A DNA stretch of 64,000 nt from Mycobacteriales bacterium. Lineage in GTDB: Bacteria; Actinomycetota; Actinomycetes; Mycobacteriales; QHCD01. Under the pieces are notes generated by a model. It was given only the letters and a program-made list of their open reading frames with translations. It was not told where the DNA came from and did not search any database. The stretch is from assembly GCA_040414495.1 (NCBI GenBank), contig JBEDUI010000296.1, positions 4,847-68,846 on the forward strand, read 5' to 3'. Made by a program: the position numbers and the translations under genes. Position 1 is the stretch's first letter, and each line of letters opens with the position of its first letter. This document shows positions 1 to 8,691 of this stretch, one piece after another.

Positions 1-1293
1 GATCGTATTCGGCGCGAAGACCGTGTCGGCGTCGACCATGACGATCACGTCATAGCGGGCCGCGCCCAGCCCGGTATTCAACGCGACCGCCTTACCGGAA
101 TTGCGTTGCCGGATCACCGAAACGTTGGCCAGCCCGAGTCCCCGCACGATATCGGCCGTACCGTCGGTAGACCCGTCATCGACCACGATCACCTCGACGT
201 ACGGGTAATCGCCGAGGGCCACCGACCGTACCGTCGCCGCGATGCCAACCGCCTCGTTGTAAGCCGGAACGATGACGCTGACCATGGGTATCCAGCCGTT
301 GTCCAGTGCCCGGCGACGCACGGCCGTGGCGTGCCGGCGGGCGAATACGAACAACAACCCGGTGCGCAGCAACGCGAGAATCGCCAGCAATGCGAGCAGC
401 CAGCCGAGCGCCGACGCGACGAAGCTGGCGACGTCGATCGCCCACCGGAACGTCAGGCCCTGCAGGTGCTCGACCGTGCCGACCGGTCGCATTCCCTGCG
501 TGGCGCCGAGTCCGAGGCCGGCCGAGACGGTCGCGAACCGATAGCCCTGGTCCTTGAGCGCCCGGATTACCTGCGGCAATGCGGTGACGGTTTGCGCCCG
601 GTTGCCGCCGCCGTCGTGGAAGTCGATGATCGTGCCATTGCCACCGGCGTGCGGTACCGCGTTCCGGGTGATGGCCTGCGCGCCCGGTTCACGCCAGTCC
701 TGGCTGTCCCGATCGGACATGATCACGGTGTACCCGGCCCCGGTCGCCCGCTCGATCATGGGTCGTTGCCGCATGGTGAGCGCTTCGGGAATGGACGTGT
801 GCGGCAGGCGCAGCAGCGAGGTGGTGACGCTGGCGCTGCCGGACAACGCCAGTTGGCCCGCGGTCAGTTCTAGGTCGGCCCGCATGCGCGAGGCGCCGGC
901 CAGGTCGACGTTCGTGAACGTGTGGCTGCCGATTTCATTGCCCTGCGCGATTTCCTGGCGTAGCAGATCCGGATGCGATTCCACCCGGGAGCCGACCACG
1001 AAAAAGGTCGCCGGCACCTGCTCCTTTTGCAGAATGGCCAGAATGCGCGGCGTCCAGGTCGGGTCTGGTCCGTCGTCGAAGGTCAGCGCGACCGTCTGCG
1101 GTGGCAGCGAATGCGAGGTCAACGCGCCGTGCGAGCGGTCGATAATCGGCCCGTTTCCCACGACCGGAGCGGATTCCCGTGGAATCCCGGGGCCGGCGGT
1201 CGACGACGCATGCGTTGAATGGCGGGCGTATCCAGCCAGCAAGAGCGAGACCACCATGGCGACAACAGCGACGAGCAGAAGGCCCCAGTGCAT
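1..1293 (-). CDS. bifunctional polysaccharide deacetylase / family-2 glycosyltransferase (MatB / PNAG-synthase-like); 3' end runs off the window
   Basis: Open minus-strand frame from ATG (complement of 1291-1293) to the window edge. It is absent from the ORF track because it has no stop. My translation: MHWGLLLVAVVAMVV (TM) .. PQTVALTFDDGPDPTWTP .. GNEIGSHTFTN (NodB motifs), a second TM stretch, then MVSVIVPAYNEA .. VVDDGSTDGT .. MVDADT (GT2 motifs). Confidence 0.8.
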   Translation of the reverse strand, partial: MHWGLLLVAVVAMVVSLLLAGYARHSTHASSTAGPGIPRESAPVVGNGPIIDRSHGALTSHSLPPQTVALTFDDGPDPTWTPRILAILQKEQVPATFFVVGSRVESHPDLLRQEIAQGNEIGSHTFTNVDLAGASRMRADLELTAGQLALSGSASVTTSLLRLPHTSIPEALTMRQRPMIERATGAGYTVIMSDRDSQDWREPGAQAITRNAVPHAGGNGTIIDFHDGGGNRAQTVTALPQVIRALKDQGYRFATVSAGLGLGATQGMRPVGTVEHLQGLTFRWAIDVASFVASALGWLLALLAILALLRTGLLFVFARRHATAVRRRALDNGWIPMVSVIVPAYNEAVGIAATVRSVALGDYPYVEVIVVDDGSTDGTADIVRGLGLANVSVIRQRNSGKAVALNTGLGAARYDVIVMVDADTVFAPNTI

Positions 1294-1331
1294 GGGTGGC
1301 AGTCGGTGCCGGCCACTCGATCCGCGGCTGA

Positions 1332-2087
1332 TCACGATGCCGACGGCACACTCATCGAGTCATACGGCGGCTGCTGTTCCTCCTGGTGCGTGGGCCAGTC
1401 GGACGGCGTGTTCGTCGGCTCTTGTGACGGCCGCGTGCGCGGATGATGGCGCCTGTGGTGTCGGTGGCGTTCGGTTTTCCCCGGCGGCGACGACTCGGTG
1501 GGGCGGATTGTGGGTTGCTCGCTCGGCGTCACCTTGAACCACGGTGGTCGGACGCTGGGCCGGAACGGTGGCCCGCTGGTCGGTCCGGCGCTCGTCGTCG
1601 GTTCGATGGTTGTGGGCGGCGTGTCGCTGGGAATCGGCGCGTAGCTCGAGCTTGGCGCACTGCTCGGCAGCGGTGTCGGTGTTGGCGACGGCGGCGGGGC
1701 AGTGGAAGCGGCGGAATTGTCGTCGGGATCGGAATCGGCCGGTGTTTGCGGGGTGATTCCTGGTACGACGACCCGCGAGGCATGGCTGGGCATTCGGGAC
1801 GGGTGTGTGGTCGATCGGAATACCGGGTCTTGTCGTGCCTCGGCGAACCGGGTCGGATTCGGCTTGCTGGACGCGGCGCCGGGAACGGCGATCGATAGCA
1901 GATTCGGGCGGCCGCTCAATGTCACTACGACCAACGCGAGATAACCGGAAAGGAAAACTCCGACCGTGGCCGCGCCGCGCTTCACCCACCGTTGCCGCCG
2001 CCCCGTCGGGTCGGCGAACACCGGCTGCGTCGACGATTGCCGGTGGCGGCCTTCGCCGGACGAGGCGGAATTACGTGCAGGGGCCAT
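1332..2087 (-). CDS. membrane-anchored Pro/Ser/Thr-rich protein of unknown function (matA position)
   Basis: 251-aa ORF 38 bp upstream of and co-directional with the deacetylase/GT2 gene. One hydrophobic helix (GAATVGVFLSGYLALVVVTLS) followed by a long P/S/T-rich tail. No domain recognised; the start codon is uncertain. Confidence 0.45.
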   Translation of the reverse strand: MAPARNSASSGEGRHRQSSTQPVFADPTGRRQRWVKRGAATVGVFLSGYLALVVVTLSGRPNLLSIAVPGAASSKPNPTRFAEARQDPVFRSTTHPSRMPSHASRVVVPGITPQTPADSDPDDNSAASTAPPPSPTPTPLPSSAPSSSYAPIPSDTPPTTIEPTTSAGPTSGPPFRPSVRPPWFKVTPSEQPTIRPTESSPPGKTERHRHHRRHHPRTRPSQEPTNTPSDWPTHQEEQQPPYDSMSVPSAS

Positions 2088-2503
2088 TGCCGGGACAGTA
2101 TGCCAGTGTGATAGGCGCTTGGGAGGGAACTACGCAATCGCGCAGCCGACATTGTTATCAACCTGTCCGGGCAGGCTTTCTCGGCTCGCGAAAGGCAATG
2201 CAAATGCACGCCTGTACAACAATCGTGCCATTAACGGAACGTGTTTTCGCGCGCACGGTATGCAATCGTTTTGAGCTGGGTGAAATCCGCGAAAATTGCC
2301 GGCCCGAGTCGGCCAGCACGCGGCGGCTCGGGCATCGATGCGGGCGCGTGGCCGAGCGACACGGAGGCGTTCACCGCACCCTCCAGCCCGGTCGAGCCTG
2401 GCCGTGGCGCTGGGCCGGGGCTGCCTCGCGCCACCGCAAGTCGAAATGCCGATCGAAGACCTGGGTCTGCCCGTATCGGTGCCCAGCCAGGAGCGGAGCT
2501 TGC

Positions 2504-2962
2504 GTGACCGGTCTCGTGCAGTGCGTAGTCCAGGACTGTCCCGACGTACCGGCGCTGGCCGGGTTCTACGCCGCGCTGCTGGGCGGAGCCGTCAACCAAC
2601 CCGATCCGCGGTGGCGCGTCGACGAGGATTGGGCGACCTTGCACCTGGCCTCGGGGCTGGTGCTGGCGTTCCAGCGCTCGCACGACTATCGACCGCCGCG
2701 CTGGCCTGACCCGCGGCACCCGCAGCAGTTCCACCGGGACATCTCCACCGGGACATCTCCACCGGGACATCGACGTGCCGGATCTGGACGCTAGGGCGTG
2801 CTGCTTGAATCCTCGGCCTGCTGCGCGGGCGCCCAGGATCCAAGCAGCACGCCGAGCGACCGTCAGGTCACGGCCGCCGGGGCCACCAGGCTCGATGACG
2901 GCCGCGAATTCTGGCGTACCTACGCCGGTCATCCCTTTTGCCTGTTACCGGGCCGGTTGTAA
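2504..2962 (+). pseudogene. VOC (glyoxalase/bleomycin-resistance fold) family gene, disrupted
   Basis: GTG at 2504 preceded by aggagcggag. The N-terminus VTGLVQCVVQDCPDVPALAGFYAALLGG..DWATLHL..LAFQR is VOC-like. The frame hits TAG at 2792-2794 just after a 14-bp x3 tandem repeat. The same frame continues past the stop to ..REFWRTYAGHPFCLLPGRL* (2962), a typical VOC C-terminus. Confidence 0.5.
2731..2771. repeat. 14-bp direct tandem repeat, about 2.9 copies (ccaccgggacatct)
   Basis: Copies at 2731-2744 and 2745-2758, plus a partial copy at 2759-2771, read directly from the sequence. Confidence 0.9.
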
Positions 2963-3041
2963 CGCGAAAAGCGTGGGCTTCACCACGATTGGCATTCGCC
3001 GAACTGAATTCGCGCGCGAAATTTTATAGGGTCGCTCATAT

Positions 3042-4547
3042 ATGTGCGGCATAGCGGCAATATATGGGTCAGGATACCGGGCGACAGCGGCGCGGATGCT
3101 GGCCCGATTACGCCACCGCGGACCTGATCACGTCGCACAGATCGACCGGGGCGAGCAGGGTTGGCTCGGCCACACTCGCTTGTCCATTATGGACATTGCG
3201 GGTGGTTCGCAGCCGTTCCGGGACGGCGCCGTCTCCTTTGTCTGCAACGGCGAAATCTACAACGACGCCGAAATACGCGACGAACTCGGGCGATCAACCT
3301 TCGCAACCCGCTCCGACAACGAATCGGCCCTACGCCTGTTGATCGAGCAGGGACCGGCGGCGCTGGCACGGCTACGCGGAATGTGGGCGCTGTGCGCGAC
3401 CGGACCGGAATTCTTCCTGGCCGCGCGCGATCCACTCGGAATTAAGCCGTTGTATTGGGCCAGAACCGAGGGAGCTGTGTTATTCGCCTCGGAGATGAAG
3501 GCGTTCGATGAGGCAACTCGGCCTTTGGTGGAGGCGTTTCCGCCTGGTTGTTATTGGACGCCTGGTACGGGACTGGTCCGCTTTGCCGATCCGGTTGCGC
3601 ACACCGATCCGGCGCTACTGGCGACGATTCCCCGTGAGGAATGGATTTCGCGTACGCGTGAGGTGTTGGTCGAGTCGATTCGGCGGCACATGATGGCCGA
3701 TGTCGAGGTCGGCGTTTTCCTCTCCGGTGGTCTTGATTCCAGCATTGTGGCGGCGGTAGCGGCGCGGTATGTGGCCGAATCCGGCCGTCGGTTGCCGACA
3801 TTTGCCGTTGGTACGAGAGACAGCGGCGATCTCGCGGCCGCCCGGGCCGTTGCTGAGCACATCGGCAGCGAGCACCACGAGGCGATATTCGACGCGACCG
3901 ACGCCCGGCATGCGCTGGAAGACGTCATCGGCGCGGTGGAGTCCTTTGACCCCAGCCTGATCCGCAGTTCGGTGCCGAACTGGTTCCTGGCCCAGTTGGC
4001 CGCCCGACACGTGAAGGTCGTGCTGACCGGAGAGGGTGCCGACGAGCTGTTCGCCGGATATTCCTATTACCACGCCGATCACGCCGATCCGGCCGCGCTG
4101 CAGGCCGAACTCGTCCGCTCGATCTGCGAGCTGCACGGGCTGAATCTGCAACGCTGCGACCGGGTGACCATGGCCCATGGCCTGGAGGCGCGAGTGCCGT
4201 TCCTGGACCAAGAGGTGATCCGGCACTCGCTGGCGTTGCCGGCCGCGGCCAAGACGACCGGCCCGGGACAGATGGAGAAGCAACTGCTGCGCGAGGCGTT
4301 CGCCGGCTGGTTGCCGGAGTCCGTGTTGTGGCGGCGCAAGGAACAGTTCGGCGACGGCAGCGGCGCAGCCGACGTGCTGGCCGATGCGGCCGCGGTCGGG
4401 ATCACCGAGGCGGACCTGGCCGCCCAGTGCGATGTGGTCCGGCCGCCGCTGCGCAGCACCGAGGAACTGGCGTACTACCGCATCTACGCCGACCGGCTGC
4501 CCGGCCTGGTACCTGAGCGCACGCTGACCCGGTTCGCTGAGACGTGA
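3042..4547 (+). CDS. asnB: asparagine synthase (glutamine-hydrolysing)
   Basis: 501 aa. N-terminal MCGI nucleophile (class II GATase), SGGLDSS PP-loop motif, C-terminal ..EELAYYRIY.. region. AT-rich upstream sequence (aaattttataggg). Confidence 0.9.
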   Translation: MCGIAAIYGSGYRATAARMLARLRHRGPDHVAQIDRGEQGWLGHTRLSIMDIAGGSQPFRDGAVSFVCNGEIYNDAEIRDELGRSTFATRSDNESALRLLIEQGPAALARLRGMWALCATGPEFFLAARDPLGIKPLYWARTEGAVLFASEMKAFDEATRPLVEAFPPGCYWTPGTGLVRFADPVAHTDPALLATIPREEWISRTREVLVESIRRHMMADVEVGVFLSGGLDSSIVAAVAARYVAESGRRLPTFAVGTRDSGDLAAARAVAEHIGSEHHEAIFDATDARHALEDVIGAVESFDPSLIRSSVPNWFLAQLAARHVKVVLTGEGADELFAGYSYYHADHADPAALQAELVRSICELHGLNLQRCDRVTMAHGLEARVPFLDQEVIRHSLALPAAAKTTGPGQMEKQLLREAFAGWLPESVLWRRKEQFGDGSGAADVLADAAAVGITEADLAAQCDVVRPPLRSTEELAYYRIYADRLPGLVPERTLTRFAET

Positions 4548-4548
4548 T

Positions 4549-4577
4549 CCCGATCTGTCCAATTTGGACAGATCGGG
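4549..4577 (+). terminator. perfect 13-bp-stem hairpin immediately after asnB
   Basis: cccgatctgtcca-att-tggacagatcggg, starting 2 nt after the asnB stop. No U-tract. Confidence 0.55.
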
Positions 4578-4587
4578 CGGCAACGAG

Positions 4588-4619
4588 GGCGCCGTACCGG
4601 CCTTCCCCGGTACGGCGCC
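4588..4619 (-). terminator. perfect 13-bp-stem hairpin after the DivIVA-repeat gene
   Basis: ggcgccgtaccgg-ccttcc-ccggtacggcgcc, 13 nt beyond the minus-strand stop at 4632. Confidence 0.55.
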
Positions 4620-4631
4620 ACAGCCGCGGGA

Positions 4632-5267
4632 TTAGCTGGCCGCGCGCAGCGCCAGCGTCCGCTCGACCCGGTCCAGGAACGCGTCGACCTGGTCCTCGTT
4701 GTAGCCGCGCTTGCCGATCGGCGGCTTGCTGAACAGCACGCCGTGGATCTCCTCGACCGTGACGTCATCCTCGCCGCGCAGCGTCGCCTCGATGCGGTCC
4801 AGGAACAGGTCGACCTGCTGCTCGTCATACCCGCGCTTGCCGAACGGTGCCCGATTGAACTCCACCTCGTGCACCTGCTCCGGGCCGAGCATGCCCGGAC
4901 CCGAGCGTGGCCGCAGCGCGGTCGGCGCCACTGGCTGGTCGCCGCCGTCGAGCAGCCGGTCCAGCTCGTCCTCTACGGAGTCGAGGAAGTCGTCGACCTC
5001 CTGCTCGTCGTAGCCACGATTGGCGAACCCGGACTTGTGGAACGTGATGTGGTGCACGTCGGCCGCACTCAGCGCGTCCGCCGGGGCATCCGTTCCCTCG
5101 TAGTGGGCTCGCAAGGTGCGCTCGATCCGGTCGAGGAACGCGTCGACCTCTGCCTCACGATATCCGCGCCGGCCGACGGACGGCTTATCGAAGGCGAGAT
5201 TCGAAAGACTGTCAAGGTTGAATGGCACGTGGGATTCCCCCTGTGAGCGAGAAACTACTCCGACCAT
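4632..5267 (-). CDS. DivIVA-domain repeat protein (four tandem DivIVA N-terminal motifs)
   Basis: Four copies of F.K...G.RGY.E.EVD.FLD.VE..L in the translation. I placed the start at ATG 5267 (MVGVVSRS..). An alternative GTG at 5228 has a better RBS (agggggaa). The track start at 5312 is probably too early. Confidence 0.8.
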   Translation of the reverse strand: MVGVVSRSQGESHVPFNLDSLSNLAFDKPSVGRRGYREAEVDAFLDRIERTLRAHYEGTDAPADALSAADVHHITFHKSGFANRGYDEQEVDDFLDSVEDELDRLLDGGDQPVAPTALRPRSGPGMLGPEQVHEVEFNRAPFGKRGYDEQQVDLFLDRIEATLRGEDDVTVEEIHGVLFSKPPIGKRGYNEDQVDAFLDRVERTLALRAAS

Positions 5268-5355
5268 GTTACGTGGCGTAAATAGAAATGCCTTCGTTAT
5301 CTCGTACAGCATTCAGCCGTAATTAGTCGCCATTCGGAGTAGGGGATAACTGCGG

Positions 5356-5371
5356 GTGACTATAGGGTCAC
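5356..5371. promoter_or_regulatory. palindrome GTGAC-tatagg-GTCAC overlapping a minus-strand TATAGT -10-like hexamer
   Basis: Read from sequence. It lies about 90-130 nt upstream of the DivIVA-repeat gene start in the low-GC intergenic region. Confidence 0.3.
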
Positions 5372-5775
5372 TAGCTGGGCAATTGCGTTGCGTGAGAGAT
5401 GACTCACACGGCTAGAAATATATTTCATATTCGTCCGACTCGTAGCTACGGAGAGTACTGATGATCTTGATCGGTAGGGCGTGATCACCGCTTTTGGGCG
5501 GGTAGCACTGCGTGAGTACGCCGGCACTCGATCGGTGCCGATCAGCGGCCCGCGCGACCGGCTGACGCGGGACGGATCACGAGCCGCGGCGACTCGGCCG
5601 GCACGGCGTTGGTGATGGTCGCGGACCGGTCGCGGTCGCGGACCCGGATGGGCCCCGGCCAGCCGATGGCGGCGCCCCGGGACTGGCCGGATTCGCCGCC
5701 GGCGTCGCCGAATCCGGCCCTAACTCTGTGACGCGAGCCGCCCGATGCCCGACCCGCACGCGCCCAGCACCCGTA

Positions 5776-5798
5776 TTGTCGCCCGTACGGATTACCCT
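5776..5798 (+). promoter_or_regulatory. candidate RecA-independent DNA-damage promoter (RecA-NDp / PafBC-type) for uvrC
   Basis: TTGTCGccc-N8-TACCCT fits tTGTCRgtg-N8-TAnnnT except for the weakly conserved gtg. The last T of the -10 is 7 nt before GTG 5805. Confidence 0.3.
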
Positions 5799-5804
5799 TG
5801 CTCG

Positions 5805-7775
5805 GTGGCCGATCCGTCTTCATACCGCCCTGCGCCCGGGACCATTCCGGTCGAGCCGGGCGTGTACAAGTTCCGCGACGAACGCGGCCGAGTCATCTAC
5901 GTCGGTAAGGCCAAGAGCCTGCGATCCCGGCTCTCCTCGTACTTCCAGGACATCTTCGCGCTGCATCCGCGGACGCGGCAGATGGTCACTACCGCGGCCA
6001 GCGTCGAGTGGACGGTCGTCTCCACCGAGGTGGAGGCGCTGCAGCTGGAATACAACTGGATCAAGGAGTTCGACCCGCGGTTCAACGTCCGCTACCGGGA
6101 CGACAAGAGCTACCCGTCGCTGGCCGTAACCCTGTACGAAGAGTATCCACGACTACAGGTAATGCGGGGCGCGAAAAAGAAAGGCGTCCGCTATTTCGGG
6201 CCATACGCGCATGCCTGGGCCATCCGTGAAACGTTGGATCTGTTGCTTCGCGTTTTCCCCGCCCGGACCTGTTCTGGCGGTGTTTTCAAGCGCGCCGGCC
6301 AGATCGGGAGGCCTTGTCTGCTGGGCTATATCGGCAAATGCTCAGCGCCTTGTGTAGGCCGAGTCACCGCTGAAGAACACCGGCAGATTGTCGATGATTT
6401 CTGCGATTTCATGGCAGGTAAGACAGATCAGTTGCTCCGCCGAATGGAAAAAGAGATGGCGGTCGCTTCGGCCGAGATGGAGTTCGAGCGAGCCGCTCGT
6501 ATTCGCGACGACATCGGTGCATTGCGCCGGGCCATGGAAAAGCAGGCTGTCGTGTTCGGCGATGGCACCGACGCCGATGTGGTGGCGTTCGCCCAGGATC
6601 AGCTCGAGGCGGCCGTCCAGGTGTTCCACGTCCGCGGCGGCCGGGTCCGGGGCCAGCGCGGTTGGGTGATCGACAAGGTAGAGGACGTGAGCACCGGAGA
6701 TCTGGTCGAGCAGTTCGCCACCCAGATCTACGGCGGCCAGAGCGAGAACGACGCCGGCGAGGAGGTGCCCCGCGAGGTCCTGGTTCCTGAACTGCCGGCC
6801 GACGCCGAGGCGCTGGGCGCCTGGCTGTCCGAGCAGCGCGGCAGCCGGGTCACCCTGCGGGTGCCGCAGCGCGGTGACAAACGTGCCCTACTGGAGACGG
6901 TCGCCCGCAACGCTGAGCAGGCCTTCACCCAGCACAAGCTCAAGCGGGCCAGCGACCTGACCGCCCGGTCCCGCGCACTCTCCGAGCTGCAGGACGCCCT
7001 CGGGCTGTCCGATGCGCCGCTGCGTATCGAGTGCTTCGACGTCTCGCATGTGCAGGGCAGCAACGTGGTGGCCAGCATGGTCGTCTTCGAGGACGGGCTG
7101 CCGCGCAAGAGCGAATACCGCCGGTTCTCGGTGCGCGGCGTGGACGGCGACGATGACACGGCCTGGATGCACGAGGTGGTGCACCGGCGGTTCACCCGGT
7201 ACCTGCAGGAGCGCGTTGACACCGGCGACGGGCCGGATTCGGCGACACCGATTGATCCCGAGACGGGCCGACCGCGTAAATTCGCATATCCGCCCAACCT
7301 GCTGGTGGTGGACGGTGGCCCGCCCCAGGTCGCCGCCGCGGCGCGGGCACTCGGGGAGCTCGGCATCGACGACGTGGCCCTATGCGGCCTGGCCAAGCGC
7401 CTGGAGGAGGTGTGGCTGCCCGGTGAGGACGACCCGGTCATCATGCCTCGCACCTCGGAGGGCCTGTACCTACTGCAGCGGGTACGGGACGAGGCGCACC
7501 GCTTCGCGATCACGTACCACCGGCAACGGCGTTCCAAGTCGATGGTCGCCTCGACCCTGGACGCGATCCCCGGGCTCGGCGAAACGAGACGCAAAGCATT
7601 GCTGGCCCAGTTCGGTTCGCTCAAACGGCTGCGCGCGGCGTCGGTTGAGGATGTCATGGGTGTACCCGGGATCGGCCGGGCAACAGCGCAGACCGTGGTG
7701 GCCGCCTTGCATGACGAGTCGGCCGAGTCGACCCCGACCGTCGATCCGGCGACCGGGGAAATCATCGAGTCCTAA
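5805..7775 (+). CDS. uvrC: excinuclease ABC subunit C
   Basis: [47 protein letters not shown] (GIY-YIG), UVR domain, C-terminal (HhH)2. The start was moved to GTG 5805, in frame with track ORF 5745, to match the usual [10 protein letters not shown]-terminus. Confidence 0.95.
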   Translation: MADPSSYRPAPGTIPVEPGVYKFRDERGRVIYVGKAKSLRSRLSSYFQDIFALHPRTRQMVTTAASVEWTVVSTEVEALQLEYNWIKEFDPRFNVRYRDDKSYPSLAVTLYEEYPRLQVMRGAKKKGVRYFGPYAHAWAIRETLDLLLRVFPARTCSGGVFKRAGQIGRPCLLGYIGKCSAPCVGRVTAEEHRQIVDDFCDFMAGKTDQLLRRMEKEMAVASAEMEFERAARIRDDIGALRRAMEKQAVVFGDGTDADVVAFAQDQLEAAVQVFHVRGGRVRGQRGWVIDKVEDVSTGDLVEQFATQIYGGQSENDAGEEVPREVLVPELPADAEALGAWLSEQRGSRVTLRVPQRGDKRALLETVARNAEQAFTQHKLKRASDLTARSRALSELQDALGLSDAPLRIECFDVSHVQGSNVVASMVVFEDGLPRKSEYRRFSVRGVDGDDDTAWMHEVVHRRFTRYLQERVDTGDGPDSATPIDPETGRPRKFAYPPNLLVVDGGPPQVAAAARALGELGIDDVALCGLAKRLEEVWLPGEDDPVIMPRTSEGLYLLQRVRDEAHRFAITYHRQRRSKSMVASTLDAIPGLGETRRKALLAQFGSLKRLRAASVEDVMGVPGIGRATAQTVVAALHDESAESTPTVDPATGEIIES

Positions 7776-7784
7776 GAGGTTGCG

Positions 7785-8690
7785 GTGACCGACGAGGCAG
7801 CGGAGCAGCGGGCCGGGAATACCGCGCGGGGCGGTATCGAGGTGGTGATCGTCTCGGGGTTGTCCGGCGCGGGCCGAAGTACGGCGGCCAAGTGTCTGGA
7901 GGACCTCGGGTTCTTCGTCGTGGACAACCTGCCGCCCGAGCTGATCTCGACCATGGTCGAGCTGGGCGGGCGGTCGCAGGGTGCGGTGACCCGGATCGCG
8001 GTCGTGGTGGACGTACGTAGCCGGGCGTTCTCCTCCGACCTGCGTGAGGTGATCGTCGACCTTGACCAGCGTGAGGAACGGCCCCGGGTGCTGTTCCTGG
8101 AAGCCAGTGACGATGTGCTCGTACGCCGGTTCGAGAACGTCCGCCGGCAGCACCCGCTGCAGGGCGATGGCCGGCTGGTCGACGGCATCGCGGCCGAACG
8201 GGAACTGCTGCGCGGCCTGGCCGGCGAGGCCGACCTGGTGATCGACACCAGCGTGCTGAACGTGCATGAGCTGCGGGCCAAGATCGAGGCCGCGTTCGGG
8301 CACGGGACCGCCCCGCGGCTGCGGGCGACCGTACTGTCGTTCGGCTACAAGTACGGCCTGCCGGTCGACGCTGACCTCGTGATGGATGTTCGGTTCCTGC
8401 CCAACCCGCACTGGATTCCGGAGCTGCGTGATCTGACCGGCCTCAACGCCGACGTACGGGATTACGTCCTCAGCCAGGAAGGGGCGATCGAGTTCATCGA
8501 GCAGTTCCATCATCTGCTGCAGTTGGTCGGCGCCGGCTACCGGCGTGAGGGGCGGCGCTACCTGACCCTCGCGGTCGGCTGTACCGGCGGGAAGCACCGC
8601 TCGGTGACGATCGCCGAGCGGCTGGGCGCGCTGCTGTGCGCCGATGGAGTCGACGCGAAGGTCGTGCATCGTGACCTGGGCAGGGAGTGA
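7785..8690 (+). CDS. rapZ: RNase adapter / nucleotide-binding protein RapZ (YvcJ)
   Basis: IEVVIVSGLSGAGRSTAAKCLEDLGFFVVDNLPP P-loop N-terminus and ..LAVGCTGGKHRSV C-terminal motif. Conserved position after uvrC. Confidence 0.9.
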   Translation: MTDEAAEQRAGNTARGGIEVVIVSGLSGAGRSTAAKCLEDLGFFVVDNLPPELISTMVELGGRSQGAVTRIAVVVDVRSRAFSSDLREVIVDLDQREERPRVLFLEASDDVLVRRFENVRRQHPLQGDGRLVDGIAAERELLRGLAGEADLVIDTSVLNVHELRAKIEAAFGHGTAPRLRATVLSFGYKYGLPVDADLVMDVRFLPNPHWIPELRDLTGLNADVRDYVLSQEGAIEFIEQFHHLLQLVGAGYRREGRRYLTLAVGCTGGKHRSVTIAERLGALLCADGVDAKVVHRDLGRE

Positions 8691-8691
8691 G

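Noticed and set aside
5542-5823. 93-codon minus-strand ORF and GC3-rich stretch (5545-5740) upstream of uvrC, as a possible small gene
   Set aside because: Its only start codon lies inside uvrC. The complementary plus frame shows the same GC3 bias (a shadow effect) but has at most 40 codons. No motif was recognised. It may be a gene remnant, but this is not supportable as a feature.
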